A stretch of 34,929 nucleotides of DNA, from contig NIVC01004795.1 of the NCBI GenBank assembly GCA_002269645.1, positions 1-34,929 on the forward strand, read 5' to 3'. The notes under the pieces were generated by a model, which was not told where the DNA came from, made no database searches, and saw only the letters and a program-made list of their open reading frames with translations. A program made the position numbers and the translations under genes. Source of the DNA: Macrostomum lignano (lineage: Eukaryota). This document shows, piece by piece, positions 1 to 10,723 of this stretch; the stretch's first letter is position 1; each line of letters begins with the position of its first letter.

Positions 1-84
1 TCTATATGCTACTAATATATAAATTTTCCAGTGAATTTTCTTAGAAATTAATCTGCACTACACGGCCCACTTTCCGCGCCGCAG

Positions 85-343
85 GCGTCCGGCGGTTCAG
101 CCGCCGCCCCGACCACCGCCCGCTGGTGCTCCGCCAGGACTGTCTGGCTGAGCTGCAGCGGCTGCTGGCAGACGGCGGCCGAGCGACCCCGCCAGTCAGA
201 TCGTTGCCGCCTCGAAATCGCGCTCTCGCTTTCATTGCACCCGACATGCGTCGACGCAGTCAGGCGGAGCCTCGCTCGGAGCTGCAGTCGCTGGTAGTTG
301 AGGGCGGCGGGCGGCTGGCGGACGCTGTCGCGGTGCCTCTTGG
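85..343 (+). CDS. Probable ARM/HEAT-like exon of the ARM-TIR-SAM gene (gene starts upstream of the window; exact donor uncertain)
   Basis: Acceptor tttccgcgccgcag ends at 84. Restoring four single bases (three in CC/GG runs) gives ...LAELQRLLADGGPSDPASQIVAALEIALSLSLHPTCVDAVRAEPRSELQSLVVEGGGRLADAVRGASW, a helical repeat ending in the ..RGA(L)W motif typical of ARM repeats N-terminal to invertebrate TIR_2 domains. Donor candidates are GTGAGG at 344 or GTCAGG at 405. Confidence 0.45.
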
Positions 344-670
344 GTGAGGATGATGGACAGCTGCAACCAGGGCGTCGCCATGGACTTTATGGTGGTGGGA
401 AACAGTCAGGAATTCTACATGACTAAATTCCTACATTAATTTGGGAATCCTGTTGTTGGCACTCATTTTGGCGCCGCAGGCACTCATTTTGGCGCGACAG
501 ACAGGCACTCATTTTAAGAGATAGGGATTAGAGAGGATAGATAGAGAATAGGTAAGCTGTCGGTTTTACAAGAACTATGATTGGGCATTGCCAATTTCTC
601 ACAGTTTGAAAAAAATTGCTGTTTTTTCTTTTGCTTTCTACTTAAAGTAGTCTGTCGCTGATTATTTTAG

Positions 671-739
671 AATCGCCAGAGTCTGACTCGAAAGAGCAGC
701 CGCGGTGGACAACTGATGCTTTTTCCGGTCCAAATGAAG
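671..739 (+). CDS. Linker exon of ARM-TIR-SAM gene
   Basis: attattttag acceptor, stop-free (E)SPESDSKEQPRWTTDAFSGPNE(G), donor GTCAGC at 740. Ends in phase 1, matching the next exon. Confidence 0.45.
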
Positions 740-1020
740 GTCAGCCATCGCTTTCGCTTTGTCGAGTCGATTGTTGAATGTTTTTAGATAAGTTGTTTAA
801 TCAAGTTTTCTGATACCTGGTATTTTAGAACTCCGAACTTCACAACGCAAAGCAAGGAGCATAAATGAGAGACAGTCGAATTCTCAGGCATCAGGTGAGA
901 ACTGGGAAAGAACTGGGTTTTTTCTTCTCAGAACTTCTCAGAACTGGGTGGGCCCTGTCTTCGTTTCAACAAGTTAGCGGACTCAAAACGATCTGCTTTA
1001 GACTGCGGGGCTCCGTAAAG

Positions 1021-1345
1021 CGAGGCTGTAACTATACTGTAAACGAAGCTGTAGCTTCTCTACGCGAGGCTGTTGCACTGTAGACAAGGCTGTAACTGCT
1101 GTAGCTAAGCGAGGCTGTAACTACTGTAATCGAAGATTTAATTGCTGTAGGCGAGGCTGTAATTCCTGTAGGCAAGACCGTAACTACTGTAGGTAAGGCT
1201 GTAACTACTTTAGGTGAGGCTGTAACTACTGTAGATAAGGCTGTAACTACTGTAGTCGAGGCTGTAACTACTGTAGACGAGGCTGTAACTACTGTAGATA
1301 AGGCTGTAACTACTGTAGTCGAGGCTGTAACTACTGTAGTCGAGG
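1021..1345. repeat. Intronic minisatellite, 21-bp unit GAGGCTGTAACTACTGTAGTC
   Basis: Tandem copies seen directly; degenerate at the 5' side and near-perfect from ~1215. Confidence 0.93.
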
Positions 1346-1408
1346 ATAGGCTTACTATCTGCTGTCACGCACCGATCATAAAAGCCTACCAATTGAATCG
1401 ATTCCCAG

Positions 1409-1542
1409 GCCAGAAACCCAGCGTTCTCCCATTGGAAAATGGCGCAGCCAGCGCCTACCTGGTGCTGAGCTGGTCCAGACAAGATTCCGATGCCGCATTT
1501 GCCAGATGGCTGGTCGCTAAGCTGAATGAAAACTGGCATCGG
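1409..1542 (+). CDS. TIR domain exon 1 (betaA-alphaA)
   Basis: ttcccag acceptor, (G)QKPSVLPLENGAASAYLVLSWSRQDSDAAFARWLVAKLNENWHR, donor GTGAGC at 1543 (phase 0). YLVLSW..D...A..L..KL matches the TIR_2 start (V.ISY..D..FV..L...L). Confidence 0.75.
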
Positions 1543-1575
1543 GTGAGCGCAGAGAAATCCACATCGTATTGAAGC

Positions 1576-1975
1576 TGTCTAGCCAGCCTGCAGTTGTCCG
1601 GGTCTGTCTAGCCAGCCTGCGGTTGTCCGGGTCTGTCTTAGTTAGCTTGTAGCTGTCCGAGTCTGTCTTAGTTAGCTTACAGCTGTCCGAGTCTGTATTA
1701 GTTAGCTTACAGCTGTCCGAGTCGGTCTTAGTTAGCTTACAGCTGTCCGAGTTTGTCTTAGCTAGCTTTCAGCTGTCCGAGTCTGTCTTAGTTAGCTTAC
1801 AGCTGTCCGAGTTTGTCTTAGCTAGCTTACAGCTGTCCGAGTCTGTCTTAGTTAGCTTACAGCTGTCCGAGTTTGTCTTAGCTAGCTTTCAGCTGTCCGA
1901 GTTTGTCTTAGCTAGCTTTCAGCTGTCCGAGTCTGTCTTAGCTAGCTTACAGCTGTCCGAGTCTGTCTAGTCAGC
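1576..1975. repeat. Intronic minisatellite, 30-bp unit AGCTGTCCGAGTCTGTCTTAGTTAGCTTAC
   Basis: About 13 tandem copies between TIR exons 1409-1542 and 2068-2173. Confidence 0.95.
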
Positions 1976-2067
1976 CTATAACCATTCGCTTGTTTTTGCT
2001 CTCCAATTACTTTGTAGCAACGTTTCAAAACAATAGTTCCTTTGGCCTTTTTCAAATATTTCCCCAG

Positions 2068-2173
2068 ACTATCGACTTGAGCACAGACTCAACTGCCGGA
2101 CTCATCGATGGCTGCCGTGCCGTGATTCTGTGCGTCTCCAAGCCATACGAATTAAACAGCCTGTGCGAGTTTG
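2068..2173 (+). CDS. TIR domain exon 2
   Basis: tttccccag acceptor, TIDLSTDSTAGLIDGCRAVILCVSKPYELNSLCEF(E), donor GTGAGC at 2174. Matches the TIR_2 core (i..s.vvl.c.S..Y..s..C..E). Phases agree on both sides. Confidence 0.85.
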
Positions 2174-2313
2174 GTGAGCTCGGCATCCTTGATAACTTAC
2201 TTCAATCTGAATTATTATTTTCTCATAAAAAAGAAACAATACGCTAAAAAGCTACTTGTTAGTAGTTAACTCGCTCACTAAATCGGTAAAAATCTGGAAT
2301 TTTTAATTTCCAG

Positions 2314-2781
2314 AAGCGCACCGGGCGGAGGTGCTGGAAAAACCGCTGGTGCCTCTGCTGTGCGGCGAAGGCTACCAACCGGGAAGCTGGCTGAGCCCCA
2401 TCCTGGCCAGGTACTCAGCTCAGGCCGACCTGCTAATTGACTTCTCTAAACAGAGGACCGCGCCAAGTCATTCAGCACTTTAATCGGTCGCCTTAACGGT
2501 CAGCTTGTCGCCACGTGGACAAAGACTGCTGCGCCAGCAGTTTCAGCAGTAGCTGTCGGTGACTTCAGCGGCTGGAGCTCCGCCGAGGTCGGCAGGTGGC
2601 TGTCCGGCACCAGCTTCCAGCTCAGCGGCTGGGCTACCTGAACGGCCGGCACCTGGAATTCCTGGTGGAGCTGAAGCGGGAAGCGCCCGAGGCATTTTAC
2701 AGGATGCTGCGAGAGGACCTACGGCTGGACAACTTCGAGTTGGTGTTTCGCTTCACCACTGCGGTGAAGAGCCTCGGCTGA
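2314..2781 (+). CDS. TIR C-terminus plus SAM-like domain, terminal exon (two -1 frameshifts)
   Basis: ttttaatttccag acceptor, then (E)AHRAEVLEKPLVPLLCGEGYQPGSWLSPILARYSAQADLLIDFSK. Adding one C at ~2451 gives PEDRAKSFSTLIGRL...GDFSGWSSAEVGRWLSG. Adding one C at ~2608 gives HQLPAQRLGYLNGRHLEFLVELKREAPEAFYRMLREDLRLDNFELVFRFTTAVKSLG*. WS.aeV..WL...l.G..L is the SAM signature. Confidence 0.82.
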
Positions 2782-2799
2782 GAGGGCGCTCGGAAATGT

Positions 2800-4095
2800 A
2801 GATGAAGATGGGAAGCTGGGGAAGATGTGACGATGAGGGAGATAAAAGGATGAAAGAGATGGGAGGATGAGTGAGATGGGAGGATGAGGTAGATGGAAGG
2901 ATGAAGGAGATGGGAGGATGAGGTAGATGGGAGGATGAGGGAGATGGAGGATGGGGGAGATGGGAGGATGAGGGAGATGTGAGAATGAGGGAGATGTGAG
3001 AATGAGGGAGATGAGAGGATGAGTGAGATGGGAGGATGAGGGAGATAGGAGGATGGGGGAGATGAGAGGATGAGGGAGATGGGAGGATGAGGGAGATGGG
3101 AGTATGAGGGAGATAGGAGGATGAGAGAGATGAGAGGATGAGGGAGATGGGAGGATGGGGGAAATGAGAGGATGAGTGAGATGAGAGGATGAGAGAGATG
3201 AGAGGATGAGGGAGATAGGAGGATGGGGGAGATGAGAGGATGAGGGAGATGGGAGGATGGGGGAAATGAGAGGATGAGTGAGATGGGAGTATGGTTGAGA
3301 TGAGAGGATGAGAGAGATGAGAGGATGAGGGAGATGGGAGGATGGGGGAGATGAGAGGATGGGGGAGATGAGAGGATGAGGGAGATGGGAGGATGGGGGA
3401 GATGGGAGGATGGGGGAGATGAGAGGATGAGGGAGATGGGAGGATGGGGGAGATGGGAGGATGGTTGAGATGAGAGGATGAGAGAGATGAGAGGATGAGG
3501 GAGATAGGAGGATGGGGGAGATGAGAGGATGAGGGAGATGGGAGTATGAGGGAGATAGGAGGATGGTTGAGATGAGAGGATGAGAGAGATGAGAGGATGA
3601 GGGAGATGGGAGGATGGGGGAAATGAGAGGATGAGTGAGATGGGAGTATGAGGGAGATGTGAGGATGGTTGAGATGAGAGGATGAGAGAGATGAGAGGAT
3701 GAGGGAGATGGGAGGATGGGGGATGGAGTATGAGGGATGGGAGGATGGTTGAGATGAGAGGATGAGAGATGAGAGGATGAGGGAGATAGGAGGATGGGGG
3801 AGATGAGAGGATGAGGGAGATGGGAGTATGAGGGAGATGGGAGGATGGTTGAGATGAGAGGATGAGAGAGATGAGAGGATGAGGGAGATTGGAGGATGGG
3901 GGAGATGAGAGTATGAGGGAGATGAGAGGATGAGGTAGATGGGAGGATGAAGGAGATGGGAGGATGAGGGAGATGTGAGGATGGTTGAGATGAGAGGATG
4001 AGGTAGATGGGAGGATGAGGGAGATGGGAGGATGAGGGAGATGGGAGGATGAAGGAGATGGGAGGATGAGGGAGATGGGAGGATGAGAGAGGTAG
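2800..4095. repeat. Purine-rich minisatellite, 17-bp unit GAGATGGGAGGATGAGG
   Basis: About 1.3 kb of almost C-free tandem repeat starting ~20 bp after the TIR-SAM stop codon. Confidence 0.95.
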
Positions 4096-4457
4096 ATGAT
4101 AAAAGAACAGAGGCTGCGATGGTTACTAAGGACTAAATATTGCCTTGCTACTCTCCCACAGTTTTCTATTTATAACCATGTGAGTACGTGAGCGCATACA
4201 CGTATTTCTTTGCAGTATTCAGGCTGAATATTTATACTATTTATCATTTAAAAATCTGTGATTTTGAATTCTGACTCTGCTCATATCTTAGATATATTTT
4301 TATTGTCTTTATTGGACTCTGACAGCTGAAGCTTATAATAAATTTCTCGAATCAGCTTCCATGAACTGCTTTTTAATTGAGGAGCTTTCAAATATTTGCG
4401 CGCTTTGTGACTTTTTGCTGGTCATTTTTAGTGCATCATGCACAGGTATTGAAATCC

Positions 4458-5449
4458 CCCTCAGCAATCCCCATCTCCATCAGCAACCCCCCAAATCCCT
4501 ATCAGCAATCCCCAATCCCTATCAGCAATCCCCAATCCCTATCAGCAATCCCCAATCTCCATCAGCAATCCCCAATCCCTATCAGCAATCCCCAATCTCC
4601 ATCAGCAATCCCCCATCTCCATCAGCAATCCCAAATCCCTATCAGCAATCCCCCATCCCCATCAGCAATCCCCATCCCTATCAGCAATCCCCAATCTCCA
4701 TCAGCAATCTCCCATCTCCATTAGCAATCCCCCATCCCCATCAGCAATCTCCCATCTCCATCAGCAATCCCCCATCCCCATCAGCAATCCCCAATCCCCA
4801 TCAGCAATCTCCCATCTCCATCAGCAATCCCCCATCCCCATCAGCAATCCCCCATCCCTATCAGCAATCCCCCATCCCTATCAGCAATCCCCGATCCCCA
4901 TCAGCAATCCCCAATCTCCATCAGCAATCTCCCATCTCCATTAGCAATCTCCCATCTCCATTAGCAATCCCAAATCCCTATCAGCAATCCCCCATCCCCA
5001 TCAGCAATCCCCCATCCCTATCAGCAATCCCCAATCTCCATCAGCAATCTCCCATCTCCATTAGCAATCCCCCATCCCAATCAGCAATCCCCCATCCCCA
5101 TCAGCAATCCCCCATCCCCATCAGCAATCCCCAATCCCCATCAGCAATCTCCCATCTCCATCAGCAATCCCCCATCCCCATCAGCAATCCCCCATCCCTA
5201 TCAGCAATCCCCCATCCCCATCAGCAATCCCCAATCCCCATCAGCAATCTCCCATCTCCATCAGCAATCCCCCATCCCCATCAGCAATCCCCCATCCCTA
5301 TCAGCAATCCCCAATCTCCATCAGCAATCTCCCATCTCCATTAGCAATCACCCATCCCCATCAGCAATCCCCCATCCCCATCAGCAATCCCTTATCCCCA
5401 TCAGCAATCCCCAATCCCCATCAGCAATCTCCCATCTCCATCAGCAATC
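4458..5449. repeat. C-rich minisatellite, 20-bp unit TCAGCAATCCCCCATCCCCA
   Basis: About 50 tandem copies; G-rich on the minus strand. Confidence 0.95.
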
Positions 5450-5565
5450 GACTCAGGCTCCAAATCACCTCGACCATTCAGATTTTACAATTCAGTTCAA
5501 ATTTGAAGTCTATAAATTTTATTGAGAATTTCACGCTATTAGTTTATAATCTTGGCTACGCGCTA

Positions 5566-5814
5566 CTAGAAGTAGTGCAAAATCTCGGTGGTGTTGACGA
5601 AATTGGCGAACAACATCATGGCCTGGCACAGGGTGAGGCGGTGGATGCCGTGCAGGTCGTACTGGCTGAGGATGCCCTCGGCCTCCTTGTGCTTCAGGTC
5701 CACTCCGTTCTGAGCGTACAGGTACACCAGCTTGCGGAGGCTGAGCAGCTGGAACTTGTCCAGCAGCTGGGCGATGCTCTGGTACATCAGCTTCATCTTG
5801 CGCAGTGTGATCAC
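5566..5814 (-). CDS. Exon 3 (terminal) of degenerate EF-hand/calmodulin-like protein
   Basis: actcag acceptor, VITLRKMKLMYQSIAQLLDKFQLLSLRKLVYLYAQNGVDLKHKEAEGILSQYDLHGIHRLTLCQAMMLFANFVNTTEILHYF*. EAEGILSQYDLHGIHRLTL resembles an EF-hand helix-loop. AATAAA follows ~45 nt after the stop (5523-5518). Confidence 0.8.
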   Translation of the reverse strand: MITLRKMKLMYQSIAQLLDKFQLLSLRKLVYLYAQNGVDLKHKEAEGILSQYDLHGIHRLTLCQAMMLFANFVNTTEILHYF

Positions 5815-5862
5815 CTGAGTGAAGACCGGGCGGCGAGGGTCTCGCGGTGGGGGGGGGGGCGA

Positions 5863-6820
5863 AACAACAGACACAACAACCCATCAGACACATCACAACA
5901 GACACAACAACCCATCAGACACAACAACCCAGCAGACACATCACAACAGACACAACAACCCAGCAGACACAACACAACAGACACAACAACCCAGCCGACA
6001 CAGCACAAGAGACACAACAAGCAAGCAGACAGAATTCAACAGACAACAACTCAGCAAACACAACAACCCATCAGACACAACACAACAGACACAACAACCC
6101 AACAGACACAATAACCTCAGACACAACACAACAGACACAACAACCCAACAGACACAACACCCCATCAGACACAACAAGCCATCAGACATAACACAACAGA
6201 CACAACAACCCAACAAACACAACACAAAAAGCACAACAACCCATCAGACACAACACAACAGACACAACAACCCATCAGACACAACACAACAGACACAACA
6301 ACCCAAGAGACACAACACAAAAGGCACAACAACCCAGCAGACACATCACAACAGACACAACAACCCAGCAGACACAACACAACAGACACAACAACCCAGC
6401 CGACACAGCAGAAGAGACACAACAACTCAGCAAACACAATACAACAGACACAACAACCCAGCAGACACAACAACCTATCAGACACAACACAACAGATACA
6501 ACAACACAACAGACACAACACAACGGACACAACAACCCATCAGACACAACAAGCCATCAGACACAACACAACAGACACAACAACCCATCAGACACAACAC
6601 AACAGACACAACAACCCAACAGACACAACAACCCAACAGACACAACAACCCAACAGACACATCACAACAGACACAACAACCCAACAGACACAACAACCCA
6701 ACAGACACATCACAACAGACACAACAACCCAACAGACACAACAACCAACAGACACAACAACCCAACAGACACATCACAACAGACACAACAACCCAACAGA
6801 CACAATAACCTCAGACACAA
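5863..6820. repeat. Intronic CA-rich minisatellite (CAGACACAACAACCCAA / CAGACACAACA variants)
   Basis: Fills intron 2 of the EF-hand-like gene; GU-rich on the transcribed strand. Confidence 0.93.
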
Positions 6821-6845
6821 TGCTCCAAACTTCCTCACTGCCTAC

Positions 6846-7044
6846 CTGACTCTCAGTGCTGAGAATGCCGAAGAAGCCGTCCACCAGCTGCTGGAAGGTG
6901 AGCTCCAGGTTGCCCATGGACACCAGCGGCAGTTCGTCGGGCTGAGGCGAGTAGTGGCTGTAGAAGCCGGAGGCGAACTGCAGCAGCCGGCGAGAGGAGC
7001 AGTTCACGCCGAACAGGCAGAGGCAGTAGGCCAGCTGGGGCAGC
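6846..7044 (-). CDS. Exon 2 of degenerate EF-hand-like protein
   Basis: ttcttgcgccgcag acceptor, (R)LPQLAYCLCLFGVNCSSRRLLQFASGFYSHYSPQPDELPLVSMGNLELTFQQLVDGFFGILSTESQ, donor GTAGGC at 6845. Phases 2 and 0 match exons 1 and 3. Confidence 0.8.
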
Positions 7045-7141
7045 CTGCGGCGCAAGAATTCACATTTGAAGTCTTTCTTTAAGTTCATAGATAGGCTGTG
7101 GCCACCCAACCACATCGTTGACATCATCCCACAATCAGGGC

Positions 7142-10100
7142 TGATGCCCCGAGTCCCTCCGATCCCCGAATTCCAAAACTGGGATTCTGATCCCCGTGTC
7201 TCGATCGGATCCCCGAATTCCCAGACTGGGATTCTGATCCCCGTGTCCCTCCGATCACCGAATTCCCAAACTGGATTCTGATTCCCCGAGTCCCTCCGAT
7301 CCCGATTTACCAAACTGGGATTCTGATCCCCCTAGTCCCTCCGATCCCCGAATTCCCAATCTGGGATTCTGATCCCCCTAGTCCCTCCGATCCCCGAATT
7401 CCCAAACTGGGATTCTGATCCCCTAGTCCCTCCGATCCCAGAATTCCCAAACTGGATTCTGATCCCCGTGTCCCTCCGATCACCGAATTCCCAAACTGGA
7501 TTCTGATTCCCCGAGTCCCTCCGATCCCCGATTTACCAAACTGGGATTCTGATCCCCCTAGTCCCTCCGATCCCCGAATTCCCAATCTGGGATTCTGATC
7601 CCCCTAGTCCCTCCGATCCCCGAACTCCCAAACTGGGATTCTGATCCCCGTGTCTCGATCGGATCCCCGAATTCCCAAACTGGGATTCTGATACCCGTGT
7701 CTCGATCGGATCCCCAAACTCCCAGACTGGGATTCTGATTCCCCGAGTCCCTCCGATCCCCGATTTCCCAAACTGGGATTCTGATCCCCCTAGTCCCTCC
7801 GATCCCAGAATTCCCAAACTGGATTCTGATCCCCGTGTCCCTCCGATCACCGAATTCCCAAACTGGGATTCTGATCCCCGTGTCTCGATCGGATCCCCGA
7901 ACTCCCAGACTGGGATTCTGATTCCCCGAGTCCCTCCGATCCCCGAATTCCCAATCTGGGATTCTGATCTCCGTGTCTCGATCGGATCCCCGAATTCCCA
8001 AACTGGGATTCTGATACCCGTGTCTCGATCGATCCCCGAATTCCCAAACTGGGATTCTGATACCCGTGTCTCGATCGGATCCCCGAATTCCCAAACTGGG
8101 ATTCTGATACCCGTGTCTCGATCGGATCCCCGAATTCCCAAACTGGGATTCCGATCCCCGTGTCTCGATCGGATCCCCGAATTCCGAAACTGGGATTCTG
8201 ATCCCCGTGTCTCGATCGGATCCCCGAACTCCCAAACTGGGATTCTGATCCCCGTGTCTCGATCGGATCCCCGAACTCCCAAACTGGGATTCTGATCCCC
8301 GTGTCTCGATCGGATCCCCGAATTCCGAAACTGGGATTCTGATCCCCGTGTCTCGATTGGATCCCCGAACTCCCAGATTGGGATTCTGATTCCCCGAGTC
8401 CCTCCGATCCCGAATTCCCAATCTGGGATTCTGATCTCCGTGTCTCGATCGGATCCCCGAATTCCGAAACTGGGATTCTGATCCCCGTGTCTCGATCGAT
8501 CCCGAATTCCCAAACTGGGATTCTGATCCCCGTGTCTCGATCGGATCCACGAATTCCCAAACTGGGATTCTGATACCCGTGTCTCGATCGGATCCCCGAA
8601 TTCCCAAACTGGGATTCTGATCCCCGTGTCTCGATCGGATCCCCGAACTCCCAAACTGGGATTCTGATACCCGTGTCTCGATCGGATCCCCGAATTCCCA
8701 AACTGGGATTCTGATACCCGTGTCTCGATCGGATCCCCGAACTCCCAAACTGGGATTCTGATCCCCGTGTCTCGATCGGATCCCCGAATTCCCACACTGG
8801 AATTCTGATCCCCGTGTCTCGATCGGATCCCCGAACTCCCAAACTGGGATTCTGATCCCCGTGTCTCGATCGGATCCCCGAACTCCCAAACTGGGATTCT
8901 GATCCCCCTAGTCCCTCCGATCCCAGAATTCCCAAACTGGATTCTGATCCCCGTGTCCCTCCGATCACCGAATTCCCAAACTGGATTCTGATTCCCCGAG
9001 TCCCTCCGATCCCCGATTTACCAAACTGGGATTCTGATCCCCCTAGTCCCTCCGATCCCCGAATTCCCAATCTGGGATTCTGATCCCCCTAGTCCCTCCG
9101 ATCCCCGAACTCTCAAACTGGGATTCTGATCCACGTGTCTCGATCGGATCCCCGAATTCCCAAACTGGGATTCTGATACCCGTGTCTCGATCGGATCCCC
9201 AAACTCCCAGACTGGGATTCTGATTCCCCGAGTCCCTCCGATCCCCGATTTCCCAAACTGGGATTCTGATCTCTCTAGTCCCTCCGATCCCCGAATTCCC
9301 AAACTGGATTTTGATCCCCCTAGTCCCTCCGATCCTCGAATTCCCAAACTGGGATTCTGATCCCGTGTCTCGATCGGATCCCCGAATTCCGAAACTGGGA
9401 TTCTGATCCCCGTGTCTCGATCGGATCCCCGAATTCCGAAACTGGGATTCTGATTCCCCGAGTCCCTCCGATCCCCGAATTCCCAATCTGGGATTCTGAT
9501 CTCCGTGTCTCGATCGGATCCCCGAATTCCCAAACTGGGATTCTGATACCCGTGTCTCGATCGGATCCCCGAATTCCCAAACTGGGATTCTGATACCCTT
9601 GTCTCGATCGGATCCCCGAATTCCCAAACTGGGATTCTGATACCCGTGTCTCGATCGGATCCCCGAATTCCGAAACTGGGATTCTGATCCCCGTGTCTCG
9701 ATCGGATCCCCGAACTCCCAGACTGGGATTCTGATTCCCCAAGTCCCTCCGATCCCCGAATTCCCAATCTGGGATTCTGATCTCCGTGTCTCGATCGGAT
9801 CCCCGAATTCCCAAACTGGGATTCTGATACCCGTGTCTCGATCGGATCCCCGAATTCCCAAACTGGGATTCTGATACCCGTGTCTCGATCGGATCCCCGA
9901 ATTCCCAAACTGGGATTCTGATACCCGTGTCTCGATCGGATCCCCGAATTCCCAAACTGGGATTCTGATACCCGTGTCTCGATCGGATCCCCGAATTCCC
10001 AAACTGGGATTCTGATCCCCGTGTCTCGATCGGATCCCCGAATTCCGAAACTGGGATTCTGATCCCCGTGTCTCGATCGGATCCCCGAATTCCCAAACTG

Positions 10101-10680
10101 GGATTCTGATCCCCGTGTCTCGATCGGATCCCCGAATTCCGAAACTGGGATTCTGATCCCCGTGTCTCGATCGGATCCACGAATTCCCAAACTGGGATTC
10201 TGATCCCCGTGTCTCGATCGGATCCCCGAACTCCCAAACTGGGATTCTGATTCCCCGAGTCCCTCCGATCCCCGAATTCCCAAACTGGGATTCTGATCCA
10301 CGTGTCTCGATCGGATCCCCGAATTCCGAAACTGGGATTCTGATCCCCGTGTCTCGATCGGATCCCCGAACTCCCAAACTGGGATTCTGATCCCCGTGTC
10401 TCGATCGGATCCCCGAACTCCCAAACTGGGATTCTGATCCCCGTGTCTCGATCGGATCCCCGAACTCCCAAACTGGGATTCTGATCCCCGTGTCTCGATC
10501 GGATCCCCGAACTCCGAAACTGGGATTCTGATACCCGTGTCTCGATCGGATCCCCGAATTCCGAAACTGGGATTCTGATCCCCGTGTCTCGATCGGATCC
10601 CCGAACTCCCAAACTGGGATTCTGATCCCCGTGTCTCGATCGGATCCCCGAACTCCCAAACTGGGATTCTGATTCCCCGA
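7142..10680. repeat. 3.5-kb intronic satellite of 47-bp (CCCCGAATTCCCAAACTGGGATTCTGATCCCCGTGTCTCGATCGGAT) and 46-bp (...CCCCCTAGTCCCTCCGAT) units
   Basis: Tandem copies fill intron 1 of the EF-hand-like gene. The main unit has no stop codon in any frame on the minus strand, which explains the long spurious ORFs. Confidence 0.97.
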
Positions 10681-10723
10681 GTTAAGCGGGGAAGCACCGC
10701 AGACGGTGCTGCCCAGTGTTGAC

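Noticed and set aside
865-962. Possible MITE with AGACAG...CTGTCT ends and AGAACTGGG repeats
   Set aside because: The inverted match is only 6 bp and there is no TSD.
4361-6808. P/S/Q- and T/Q/H-rich ORFs (4361-5344, 5819-6808 and overlapping ones)
   Set aside because: Translations of the 20-bp and CA-rich minisatellites; overlapping ORFs in many frames and no splice support.
7142-10680. 400-680-aa ORFs with GIRIPVWEFGDPIETR repeats; CRISPR-like regular look
   Set aside because: All frames are open only because the 47-bp unit lacks stops; the array lies inside a phase-consistent intron. There are no unique spacers and no cas genes, and the context is eukaryotic.
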